Source: an uncultured Pelagibacteraceae bacterium
GTDB taxonomy: Bacteria > Pseudomonadota > Alphaproteobacteria > Pelagibacterales > Pelagibacteraceae
Direction of reading: 5' to 3'
NCBI GenBank assembly: GCA_902587215.1
Contig: CACIKJ010000002.1
Span: 6,273-70,272, forward strand
Length of the DNA stretch: 64,000 bases
The translations under genes and the position numbers were made by a program. Positions within the stretch are counted from its first letter, which is position 1. The number at the start of each line of letters is the position of its first letter. This document shows positions 8,585 through 17,667 of the stretch, one piece after another. The notes below the pieces were generated by a model. It was not told the origin of the DNA. It saw only the letters and a list, made by a program, of their open reading frames with translations, and ran no database searches.

Positions 8585-11076
8585 TATTTTATATTAAACT
8601 GAACTAATTTTCTAAAAGGGCTATCAGAAAAATTTATATTGTTTTTATTTTTTTTTGTAGTTTTTTTTGCAGGTATATACTTAAAAAATATATCTTTATC
8701 TTTTTCATAAGTTTTATAGCTCATTAATTTTAAAAGTTTAATAAAGTTTTCTTTATTACAACCCAATAAATTTAACATTTCAGGTACTAGCTTTATTTCT
8801 TTTGTATTTTCAATATTTTTTTTGTTTGAGTTAAAAATCATTATGAATAATCTTTCTAAAATATCAATTCTTATAAATATTTTATCAAATTTTTCAAATC
8901 CGCATAAAAGCATAAATTCTTTATTCGTATTTCTTTCTCCCTCAAAAAAATTTAGTCCAAAAACTGGTGGGCTTAAATCATAATACTTTTGATAAAAATT
9001 TTTCCATAGTAGTATTCTTAAAGAAACAGAGCTGGGCTTAAAAAGCTTATATAAAAATATATGATATCTTCCAAATTTCACTCCTGTATCTCTCAAAATT
9101 TTTCTCTCATCTTGTCCAAGTTTACTTAAAATAATTTTTACTTTATCTCTTTTTACAACTCCATTATTTTCATACAAATTATAAGATAGAGCTCTAACTT
9201 CAGAATTTTTATCTTTCAAATTTTTCAATTTAATCAAACTTTCTAATTCTAATTCAATTTTATCTTTAATCCATTTTTCTAAAAATACTTTTAATCTCAT
9301 TCGATCTTTAACTTCAATCATATCATCTATTATTAAATCAATTTCTGGAGATAAATAATCCTTTCCTTTTAAAAGTATTGCTATAGGAAAATTACTCCAA
9401 TAAATTTTAAAATCCTCTTTAATTTCAATTAGTTGAGAATCTATTATTTGATTTATTCTGCTTAGAATTTCTGGCATTACTGATTGTCTTGATGCTTTTT
9501 TCAGAGATTTTATATCTGCATCTAGTGTATCTACTTTTAAATCTAACTCCAATTTTAAACCATTAAGATTACCAATGAACTGATCGTTAATTTTAACTTT
9601 TTTGTTATTAATAATTTCGGTTTTAAATTCAATGTCTTGTTTTAGCCCTTTTGCTAAAACACTTGCTCTCTTATCAATAAATGTTTTTGTTAACTCTTCG
9701 TGCAATCTATCTGAGAGTTTATCTTCTAGACTTTTTGTCCTTTCAATCCAATAATCATTATTTTCTACCCAATTAGATTTATTTGCAACATAAGACCATA
9801 TCCTTACATTTGCTATTCTATTAGATATAGAATCGACATTTCCCTCAATTTTATCTAATGGTTTCAATTGTTCTTTAAAATATTTATTAGGTATTCTTCC
9901 ATTTTGCTTTGATAAAAATTCAAAAACTTTTTTCACTATTTCTAAATGTTTTCCATAACTTTTCTTTACAAAATCTGGTATTTGACAACATTCCCATAAT
10001 AATTTTAAAGTCTTTTCATTGTCATTTTTTAAATTTTCATTTTCATGATTAATTATTAATTTTAAAACCTTTTCATCTTCACATTCGTGAATTCTCCTTA
10101 ACCAACCTTTTTTTGGTTTTTCATCTAAAGAAAGCATCAAGCTTTTTGAATTATTAAAATTTAAATCTGAATTTCTCCAAAAAATTGTATTTATTTCCTC
10201 AAATTTATGATTTTCGATTTGTTCAATATCTTCAGGATTAATATTTTCCACCTCACCAGTCACACCAAAACTACCATCATTCATATATCTTCCAGCTCTC
10301 CCAGCTATTTGACCAATTTCAGAAAGATTCAATTTTCTTAATTTTTTTCCATCAAATTTCTTAAGATTAGAGAAGTATACGTTGTCTAAATCCATGTTTA
10401 TTCCCATTCCTATAGCGTCAGTTGCAACTAAATAATCTACGTCACCAGATTGATATAATGATACTTGAGAATTTCGTGTTTTGGGACTTAACGAACCCAT
10501 TACTATTGCACATCCTCCTTTTTGTCTTCTTAACAGCTCAGCAATTGCGTACACCTCTTCAGTTGAAAAAGCAATAATTGCACTCTTTCTCTCAATTCTA
10601 GAAATCTTTTTGTGACCAGCATAAGATAGTTTGGAATATCTCTCTTTATTTACGAATTCTATATTTTCATTTAAATTAGATAATATATTTTTCATAGAGT
10701 GTGATCCCATAAACATTGTTTGTTTTTCACCTCTAAGATTTAAAAGTCTATCTGAAAAAATATGACCTCTTTCGTGATCATTACACATTTGTATTTCATC
10801 TATTGCTACAAAATCTAATTTCTTGTCTATGGGCATGGACTCAACTGTGCATAAAAAGTATTTTGCTTGCGAAGGTATTATTTTTTCCTCTCCTGTGATT
10901 AATGCGACTTTAGATGGATGGCACTTCTTTATCACTTTGTCGTACACTTCTCTTGCTAATAACCTCAAAGGAAAACCTATCATTCCAGAGTCAAATGAAA
11001 GCATGGTTTCTATGGCCAAAAAAGTTTTACCAGTATTTGTTGGGCCAAGAACTGCAGTAATAGTTTTTTTTTCCAT
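8584..11076 (-). CDS. SUV3/MgpS-like SF2 helicase
   Basis: GPTNTGKT, DEIQ, ATDAIGMG, QIAGRAGR. Confidence 0.88.
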   Translation of the reverse strand: MEKKTITAVLGPTNTGKTFLAIETMLSFDSGMIGFPLRLLAREVYDKVIKKCHPSKVALITGEEKIIPSQAKYFLCTVESMPIDKKLDFVAIDEIQMCNDHERGHIFSDRLLNLRGEKQTMFMGSHSMKNILSNLNENIEFVNKERYSKLSYAGHKKISRIERKSAIIAFSTEEVYAIAELLRRQKGGCAIVMGSLSPKTRNSQVSLYQSGDVDYLVATDAIGMGINMDLDNVYFSNLKKFDGKKLRKLNLSEIGQIAGRAGRYMNDGSFGVTGEVENINPEDIEQIENHKFEEINTIFWRNSDLNFNNSKSLMLSLDEKPKKGWLRRIHECEDEKVLKLIINHENENLKNDNEKTLKLLWECCQIPDFVKKSYGKHLEIVKKVFEFLSKQNGRIPNKYFKEQLKPLDKIEGNVDSISNRIANVRIWSYVANKSNWVENNDYWIERTKSLEDKLSDRLHEELTKTFIDKRASVLAKGLKQDIEFKTEIINNKKVKINDQFIGNLNGLKLELDLKVDTLDADIKSLKKASRQSVMPEILSRINQIIDSQLIEIKEDFKIYWSNFPIAILLKGKDYLSPEIDLIIDDMIEVKDRMRLKVFLEKWIKDKIELELESLIKLKNLKDKNSEVRALSYNLYENNGVVKRDKVKIILSKLGQDERKILRDTGVKFGRYHIFLYKLFKPSSVSLRILLWKNFYQKYYDLSPPVFGLNFFEGERNTNKEFMLLCGFEKFDKIFIRIDILERLFIMIFNSNKKNIENTKEIKLVPEMLNLLGCNKENFIKLLKLMSYKTYEKDKDIFFKYIPAKKTTKKNKNNINFSDSPFRKLVQFNIK

Positions 11077-11105
11077 TTCAACTTTTTGTGTCTAATTTAT
11101 TATAG

Positions 11106-11121
11106 TTACTACATCTAGTAT
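11106..11121. promoter_or_regulatory. NrdR-box-like palindrome upstream of helicase
   Basis: TTACTACATCTAGTAT resembles NrdR consensus acaCwAtATaTwGtgt; 30 nt upstream of helicase start. Confidence 0.5.
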
Positions 11122-11237
11122 CTTCAAAAGAACAAACATAGGATAAAAGGTGTCCGAATCACATTATCAAATGTTCTCATTGATTAATTTTTCAACGATC
11201 ATAGCATTAAAATTAACAAAGCTAAATAATTTTTTAT

Positions 11238-11660
11238 TTAGCCTCCATATCCAGAACCTGAGACTTTATAGTTTAGTATTTTCCAAATTCCTGTTGATGA
11301 TGCAATAATTTTTTTTTTTGATTTAAGCATACAGCTTAAAAATACCAAAGAGTTAGTTTTTTTACTAATCGTAACGTAACCATTAATTACGTCGTTTAAT
11401 TTTGAGGGAGAAATAAATTTAACATCTAATGATATTGTGACACAAGATTTCCCATTTATACACGAGTGTGCAGCAGTTCCAGAACCTGCATCTATAATTG
11501 AGCATATATATCCACCATGAACATTTTTTGCTCTATTTAAATGAATTTTCTTGATTTTTGTTTTAAATTCAAATTTATTTTTACTAATCTTTCGAAATAA
11601 TAAACCTCCATTGTATTTTAAAAATCCTGGTTTAGTGCTTATTTGAATAAACTTTTTCAT
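11238..11660 (-). CDS. PaaI family thioesterase
   Basis: HLNRAKNVHGGYICSIID hotdog-fold motif. Confidence 0.88.
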   Translation of the reverse strand: MKKFIQISTKPGFLKYNGGLLFRKISKNKFEFKTKIKKIHLNRAKNVHGGYICSIIDAGSGTAAHSCINGKSCVTISLDVKFISPSKLNDVINGYVTISKKTNSLVFLSCMLKSKKKIIASSTGIWKILNYKVSGSGYGG

Positions 11661-11743
11661 TATAGAATAACTGTTAAAACTACTAACACCAAAAAAATAG
11701 TCACAAAAAAATAAATTACTGATTTTTGTAACGATATTTTCAT
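11660..11743 (-). CDS. 27-aa single-TM peptide (hypothetical)
   Basis: MKISLQKSVIYFFVTIFLVLVVLTVIL; its TAA overlaps the thioesterase ATG (TAATG). Confidence 0.4.
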   Translation of the reverse strand: MKISLQKSVIYFFVTIFLVLVVLTVIL

Positions 11744-11888
11744 TATTTAATTAATAATATTGTATTTATAACATTAGATTTATATATAGATATCAATAAA
11801 GTAAATCTTTTCAATAAAAAGAGAGAATTTAGTGATAATTTCTTGATATTTAAATTTAATTATTTATTTATTATTTTATTTTTAAATC

Positions 11889-12257
11889 ATGAGTTCAAAT
11901 AAAAGTTTTGGAATAGTTTTTTTTATTGTTTTTTTAATTTTGGCAGTTTATCCATTAAAAAATAATGGAAATATAATTATACCTTTAATTATAATATCTT
12001 TTGTATTTCTGTTATTAGGATTAACAAATTCTCAGTTATTAACTCCTTTAAATAAAATTTGGTTTAAATTTGGAATTTTTTTAGGAAAGATTGTTTCACC
12101 GCTTGTAATGAGTATAATTTTCTTTTTATTGGTCACCCCAATTGGAATTTTAATGAGATTATTTAAAAAGGATTTGTTGAATTTAAAATATAATAGTAAA
12201 AAGTCTTATTGGATAGAAAAAAACGAGATAAAAAGTAAATTTAAAAATCAATTTTAA
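11889..12257 (+). CDS. SxtJ family membrane protein
   Basis: SNKSFG, PLNKIWFKFG, FFLLVTPIG, KSYWI motifs; upstream of carbamoyltransferase. Confidence 0.85.
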   Translation: MSSNKSFGIVFFIVFLILAVYPLKNNGNIIIPLIIISFVFLLLGLTNSQLLTPLNKIWFKFGIFLGKIVSPLVMSIIFFLLVTPIGILMRLFKKDLLNLKYNSKKSYWIEKNEIKSKFKNQF

Positions 12258-12258
12258 T

Positions 12259-12408
12259 ATGAGCTTTATTAAAGAATTTCTGGAATTTTTAAGAGTAAGA
12301 AAAAAATATTGGCTTTACCCAATTATAATTTTTTTAGTTTTGTTTGGTGGATTGATAATATTATCACAGGGCTCAGCTGTAGCTCCTTTTATATATACAA
12401 TATTTTAA
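12259..12408 (+). CDS. SxtK/DUF5989-like small membrane protein, 49 aa
   Basis: Hand translation MSFIKEFLEFLRVRKKYWLYPIIIFLVLFGGLIILSQGSAVAPFIYTIF with RKKxWL and APFIYT motifs. Confidence 0.88.
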   Translation: MSFIKEFLEFLRVRKKYWLYPIIIFLVLFGGLIILSQGSAVAPFIYTIF

Positions 12409-12416
12409 ATTAGATT

Positions 12417-14252
12417 GTGACTTCAATTTTAGGAATTTCTGCTTTCTACCATGATAGTGCAGCTTGCATTTTAAAAAACGGAGAAATTTTAGCAGCCGCC
12501 CAAGAGGAAAGATTTACTAGGAAAAAGCATGATTCAAGTTATCCATATAATGCAATAGAATTTGTTTTAAATTATTCTAACTTAAAATTAAGTGAAGTTG
12601 ATCAAATAGTTTTTTTTGAAAAACCTTTTCTCAAGTTTGAGAGGCTATTAGAAACATACGTTGCTTTTGCGCCAAGAGGTTTTATTTCATTTAGTAAAGC
12701 AATGCCAATATGGATTAAGGAAAAACTTTTTCAAAAAAATCTTTTGTTTAATAAACTTAAAGAACACGATAAAAATTATAAATCAGACAAAAACATTTTT
12801 TTCTCTGATCATCATTTGAGCCACGCTGCAAGCGCATACTTTCCCTCTCCGTTTGAAGAGGCGGTGGTTTTAACCGCAGATGGTGTAGGAGAATGGGCAA
12901 CTACAACTGTAGCTGTTGCAAAAGGTAACAAGTTAGAAATAAAAAAAGAAATTCATTTTCCACACTCTATTGGTTTACTATATTCGGCCTTTACTTACTA
13001 TACAGGCTTTAAAGTAAACAGTGGTGAATACAAATTAATGGGCTTAGCACCATACGGCAATCCTATTTATGTAGATAAAATCAAACAGCTAATTGATATT
13101 AAAGATGATGGAACATTTAGATTAGATCAAAGATATTTTAATTACGCAACTGGGTTAACTATGACAAATAAAAAATTCCATGATTTGTTTGGGAAAGATC
13201 CAAGGAATCCAAAAAATGAGAATATTAATCAATTCCATATGGATATAGCTGCGTCTATTCAAAATGTTATAGAAGAAATTATGATTAAATTATCAAAATC
13301 TACTCAAGAGGAATATAAGATTAAAAATTTGTGTTTAGCCGGAGGCGTGGCATTGAATTGTGTGGCAAATGGTAAAATCCTCAAAGAAAATATATATGAA
13401 AATATATGGATCCAACCTGCAGCAGGTGATGCCGGAGGTTCTTTAGGAGCAGCTTTGGCTTTATGGCATATTGATAATGACAACAAAAAAAAAGTCTCTG
13501 ACAAAGATTGTATGAAAGGTTCGTATTTGGGACCAGAGTATTCAGATGAAAAAATTCAAGAAGAATTAAGATTAATGAATGCAAATTTTACAATTTACAA
13601 TTATGAGGAATTGATAGAAAAAACTTCTGAATTTTTAACCAATGAAAAAGTAATAGGATGGTTTCAAGGTAGAATGGAATTTGGCCCTAGAGCATTGGGC
13701 GCAAGATCAATTTTAGCAGACCCAAGATCAAAAAATATGCAAAAAAACCTAAATTTAAAAGTTAAATATAGAGAAAGCTTTAGACCTTTTGCCCCTTCAA
13801 TACTTCGAGAGAGTGTTTTAGATTGGTTTGATTTGAATGTTGACAGTCCATATATGTTATTAGTTGCAAACATTAATCCAGATAAAAAAATAGAAATGAC
13901 AACAGAGCAAAAAAAATTATTTGGTATAGATAAGTTAAATATTCAAAGATCAAAAATTCCAGCAGTAACTCACGTGGATTATTCTGCTAGAATACAAACA
14001 GTACATTATGAAACCAACAAGTATTATCATGATTTAATATCTAACTTTTATAAAAAAACAGGCTGCCCTCTTCTTGTAAATACTTCTTTCAACATAAGAG
14101 GTGAGCCAATCGTTTGTAACCCAAAAGAAGCTTATGAATGTTTTATGGGAACCGAGTTAGATGTATTAGTTATTGGAAACTGTATTTTAGAGAAAAATAA
14201 ACAAAATAAATCTATAAACACCGAATATAAAAATAAGTTTGAATTAGACTAA
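12417..14252 (+). CDS. O-carbamoyltransferase (NodU/CmcH/SxtI family)
   Basis: HDSAA, QEERFTRKKH, HHLSHAASA, EYKLMGLAPYG, GPRALGARS, NTSFN; GTG start. Confidence 0.93.
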   Translation: MTSILGISAFYHDSAACILKNGEILAAAQEERFTRKKHDSSYPYNAIEFVLNYSNLKLSEVDQIVFFEKPFLKFERLLETYVAFAPRGFISFSKAMPIWIKEKLFQKNLLFNKLKEHDKNYKSDKNIFFSDHHLSHAASAYFPSPFEEAVVLTADGVGEWATTTVAVAKGNKLEIKKEIHFPHSIGLLYSAFTYYTGFKVNSGEYKLMGLAPYGNPIYVDKIKQLIDIKDDGTFRLDQRYFNYATGLTMTNKKFHDLFGKDPRNPKNENINQFHMDIAASIQNVIEEIMIKLSKSTQEEYKIKNLCLAGGVALNCVANGKILKENIYENIWIQPAAGDAGGSLGAALALWHIDNDNKKKVSDKDCMKGSYLGPEYSDEKIQEELRLMNANFTIYNYEELIEKTSEFLTNEKVIGWFQGRMEFGPRALGARSILADPRSKNMQKNLNLKVKYRESFRPFAPSILRESVLDWFDLNVDSPYMLLVANINPDKKIEMTTEQKKLFGIDKLNIQRSKIPAVTHVDYSARIQTVHYETNKYYHDLISNFYKKTGCPLLVNTSFNIRGEPIVCNPKEAYECFMGTELDVLVIGNCILEKNKQNKSINTEYKNKFELD

Positions 14253-14270
14253 AACAAAAATTTAAATTTT

Positions 14271-14346
14271 TGGCGGGCCATGAAAGACTTGAACTCTCAA
14301 CCTCACCGTCCGTAGCGGTGCGCTCTATCCATTGAGCTAATGGCCC
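14271..14346 (-). tRNA. tRNA-Arg(ACG)
   Basis: Reverse complement GGGCCATTAGCTCAATGGATAGAGC...CACCG-CTACGGA-CGGTG...GTTCAAGT...ATGGCCCGCCA. Confidence 0.97.
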
Positions 14347-14522
14347 TAAATTATAGTTTTTAATGAAATATTTTTTTTTATCAATTAATCTTATTTAGAG
14401 ATTTAAGATAGTTTTTTATCAAAATATTTTGTATCCAATATTTACCATCAAGATCATTTTTTGATCTTTTTTTACGCCTAACTATTAAATTAAGCCAAAT
14501 ATCCATCAAAATATATCCAATT

Positions 14523-14539
14523 TGCATATCTACTTTGCA
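14523..14539. promoter_or_regulatory. TGCA-N9-TGCA candidate regulator site upstream of aceE
   Basis: TGCATATCTACTTTGCA; same geometry as site upstream of gltD. Confidence 0.45.
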
Positions 14540-14634
14540 TTAAAAATATATAGATTGTTTAAAATTTGTATTAAATATGGCCAAAAAAATACTTATTTTT
14601 AAAAAAGAGCGTATAATAAAAGCATATTGATTCA

Positions 14635-17600
14635 ATGACTAAAGAAATACATGTTCCGGACATCGGTGACTTTGAAAATGTAGAAGTTATTGAAGTTCTT
14701 GTGAAAAAAGGAGACACAGTAAAAAAAAATGATCCTTTGATAACCCTCGAGAGCGATAAATCGAGTGTTGAAGTGCCTTCAACTGATGAAGGTGTAATTG
14801 AAGAATTAAAGGTCAAAGTTGGAGACAAAGTTTCGAAAGGAGATTTAATTTTATCAATTAATTCTCCAAATGTAGAGTCCAACGCTAAAATACCTCCTGT
14901 AACCGAGAAAATAATATCAGAGGCTGAAATAAGTATAAAAAAAGAAGAGAAAGCAAAAATTAATAATTTAAAAAATACTACAACAAAAAAAACAGATAGT
15001 AGAATTATAGTAACTGATAATAATGACATAGATCCCTTAGAAACTAAGGAGTGGATAGAATCATTAAATGCTGTTGTTGATAATGTTGGAAATGAAAGAG
15101 CACATTTTCTTTTAAGACAATTGATTGATCAATCATATAGAAAAGGATCAAGAATTCCTTTTATACAAAATACACCCTACATAAATACTATACCTGCTGA
15201 TGAGGAAGAGAAATCTCCAGGAGATCAAAACATAGAAAGAAAAATTAGATCCTTAATAAGATGGAATGCTGCAGCTATGGTTGTTAGAGCAAATAAAAAA
15301 TTTCCTGAACTCGGTGGACATATAGGCACATTTGCTTCTGCAGCTACGTTGTATGATGTCGGAATGAATCATTTTTGGCGTGCAAAAAATCATCAATTTG
15401 GTGGTGATCTAATTTATTTTCAGGGTCACTCTGCACCAGGTGTATATTCTAGAGCTTTCTTAGAGGGAAGATTGACAAAAGAACAATTAGATAATTTTAG
15501 ACAAGAAGTTGGACCTAATGGATTATCATCATATCCACATCCGTGGTTAATGCATAAATTTTGGCAGTTCCCAACAGTGTCAATGGGCATTGGTCCAATG
15601 TTGGCAATTTATCAAGCACGTTTTATGAAATACTTAATTAATCGCGGTTTAATTAAAGATGAAAATAGAAAAGTTTGGGCTTTTCTTGGAGATGGAGAAA
15701 TGGATGAGCCTGAATCTTTGGGCGCTATAGCTTTAGCTTCTAGAGAAAATTTAGACAATTTAATATTTGTGATTAATTGCAATTTACAAAGATTAGATGG
15801 TCCAGTTAGAGGAAATGGAAAAATAATACAAGAGTTAGAGGGAAGTTTCAGAGGAGCTGGCTGGAATGTATTAAAAGTTATCTGGGGATCTTATTGGGAT
15901 CCACTTTTAGCAAATGATAAAACTGGATTACTTATAAAAAGGATGAATGAGGCAGTAGATGGAGAGTACCAAGCATTTAAAGCAAAAGGAGGAGCTTATG
16001 TAAGGGAAAAATTTTTTGGAAAATATCCAGAATTATTAAAATTAGTTTCATCATATAGTGATAAAGATATATGGCGTCTTAATAGGGGTGGTCACGATCC
16101 TCATAAAGTTTATGCAGCATATCATAAAGCCATGGAAAATGTAGGTAGTCCAACAGTGATTATAACCAAAACTATAAAAGGATATGGTATGGGTAAATCA
16201 GGCGAGAGTATTAACACTACTCATCAACAAAAAAAATTAGATGTTGACGATTTAATGTATTATAGAGATAGATTTGATGTACCGTTGACCAATGATCAAG
16301 TTAAAAATATTGAATATTACAGACCTAAAGAAAATTCTGAGGAAATTAAATACTTAAAAGAAAGAAGATTAAAATTAGGGGGCCATCTTCCAGAAAGATC
16401 TACATTTGCTAAGCCAATAAAGGCACCACCTGATGATATATTTGAGGTAATGATGAAGTCAACAGGAGATAAAGAGATGTCAACAACAATGGCTCTTGTA
16501 AGAATGTTAACTAATCTTTTGAGAGAAAAAAATGTTGCATCAAGATTAGTCCCTATCATTCCAGATGAAGCAAGAACTTTTGGGATGGAAGGTTTTTTTC
16601 AAAAAATTGGTATATACGCTCACGAAGGTCAAAAATATGAACCAGTCGACTCTGAGCAATTAAGTTCATATCGAGAGGACAAAAAAGGACAAGTTTTAGA
16701 AGAAGGAATTACAGAAGCTGGCTCAATGTCTTCTTGGATTGCAGCAGGAACCTCATATACAAACCATGACATAGAAATGATACCTATCTATCTATTTTAT
16801 TCAATGTTTGGATTTCAAAGAGTTGGAGATTTTGCTTGGGCCGCAGGTGATAGTCAAGCAAGGGGGTTTTTAATTGGAGCTACATCTGGGCGAACGACCT
16901 TGGCAGGCGAGGGTTTACAACATCAGGATGGCCACAGTCACCTTTTGTCTTCTACGATACCCAATTGCGTTTCTTATGATCCAACTTTTGCATATGAGTT
17001 AGCCGTTATATTTAGAGATGGACTTAAAAGAATGCATGAAAAGAAAGAGAATATTTTTTATTATATTACTACAATGAATGAAAATTACCCTCATCCTGAA
17101 ATTCCAAAAGATGCAGAGCAAGGAATACTAAAAGGAATGTATAAAATAAAAGAATTTTCAAAATATAAAAAAACAAAGCTTCAGTTACTAGGTTCAGGAA
17201 CAATTTTGAGAGAAATGATAGATGCCGCAGAAATGCTGCAAAAAGAATATAAAATAGATAGCGAGGTTTGGAGTGTTACAAGTTTTAGCGAACTGAGAAA
17301 AAATGGAATGGAAGTAGAAAGATATAATTTGTTACATCCAGATAAAAAAAAGAAAAAGTCTTATATTGAGGAATGTTTAGGGAATTCAGAAGGCCCCATT
17401 TTAGCTGCTTCTGATTATATGAGACTAAATTCTGATCAGATCAGATCTTATATAGATAAAAGTTTTTACTCTCTGGGTACCGATGGTTATGGTAGAAGCG
17501 ATACTAGAAAAAATTTAAGGAAATTTTTCGAGGTTGATAAGAATTATATAACAACTTATGCATTAAGTGTTTTAGCAAATGAACAATTGTTGTCTTCAAA

Positions 17601-17667
17601 GTATGCTGTTGATGCAATTAAAAAATATAAAATAGATGCTGAAAAACCTATGCCTACAAAAGTTTAA
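14635..17667 (+). CDS. aceE: pyruvate dehydrogenase E1 (homodimeric type) with N-terminal lipoyl domain
   Basis: N-terminal LESDKSS lipoyl motif; GGHIGTF, GDGEMDEPES ThDP motif, PDEARTFGME, GEGLQH. Confidence 0.95.
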   Translation: MTKEIHVPDIGDFENVEVIEVLVKKGDTVKKNDPLITLESDKSSVEVPSTDEGVIEELKVKVGDKVSKGDLILSINSPNVESNAKIPPVTEKIISEAEISIKKEEKAKINNLKNTTTKKTDSRIIVTDNNDIDPLETKEWIESLNAVVDNVGNERAHFLLRQLIDQSYRKGSRIPFIQNTPYINTIPADEEEKSPGDQNIERKIRSLIRWNAAAMVVRANKKFPELGGHIGTFASAATLYDVGMNHFWRAKNHQFGGDLIYFQGHSAPGVYSRAFLEGRLTKEQLDNFRQEVGPNGLSSYPHPWLMHKFWQFPTVSMGIGPMLAIYQARFMKYLINRGLIKDENRKVWAFLGDGEMDEPESLGAIALASRENLDNLIFVINCNLQRLDGPVRGNGKIIQELEGSFRGAGWNVLKVIWGSYWDPLLANDKTGLLIKRMNEAVDGEYQAFKAKGGAYVREKFFGKYPELLKLVSSYSDKDIWRLNRGGHDPHKVYAAYHKAMENVGSPTVIITKTIKGYGMGKSGESINTTHQQKKLDVDDLMYYRDRFDVPLTNDQVKNIEYYRPKENSEEIKYLKERRLKLGGHLPERSTFAKPIKAPPDDIFEVMMKSTGDKEMSTTMALVRMLTNLLREKNVASRLVPIIPDEARTFGMEGFFQKIGIYAHEGQKYEPVDSEQLSSYREDKKGQVLEEGITEAGSMSSWIAAGTSYTNHDIEMIPIYLFYSMFGFQRVGDFAWAAGDSQARGFLIGATSGRTTLAGEGLQHQDGHSHLLSSTIPNCVSYDPTFAYELAVIFRDGLKRMHEKKENIFYYITTMNENYPHPEIPKDAEQGILKGMYKIKEFSKYKKTKLQLLGSGTILREMIDAAEMLQKEYKIDSEVWSVTSFSELRKNGMEVERYNLLHPDKKKKKSYIEECLGNSEGPILAASDYMRLNSDQIRSYIDKSFYSLGTDGYGRSDTRKNLRKFFEVDKNYITTYALSVLANEQLLSSKYAVDAIKKYKIDAEKPMPTKV

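Noticed and set aside
11130-11144. Alphaproteobacterial LexA box GAAC-N7-GAAC upstream of helicase
   Set aside because: Reads GAAC-N7-GGAT, two mismatches in the second half; too weak
11889-14252. Saxitoxin biosynthesis, or an integrative element at tRNA-Arg
   Set aside because: No sxtA or other core sxt genes; no integrase and no duplicated tRNA 3' end seen at the left flank
14450-14468. Inverted repeat AAGATCA-TTTTT-TGATCTT between tRNA-Arg and aceE
   Set aside because: AT-rich 7-bp stem with no second copy found; could be chance
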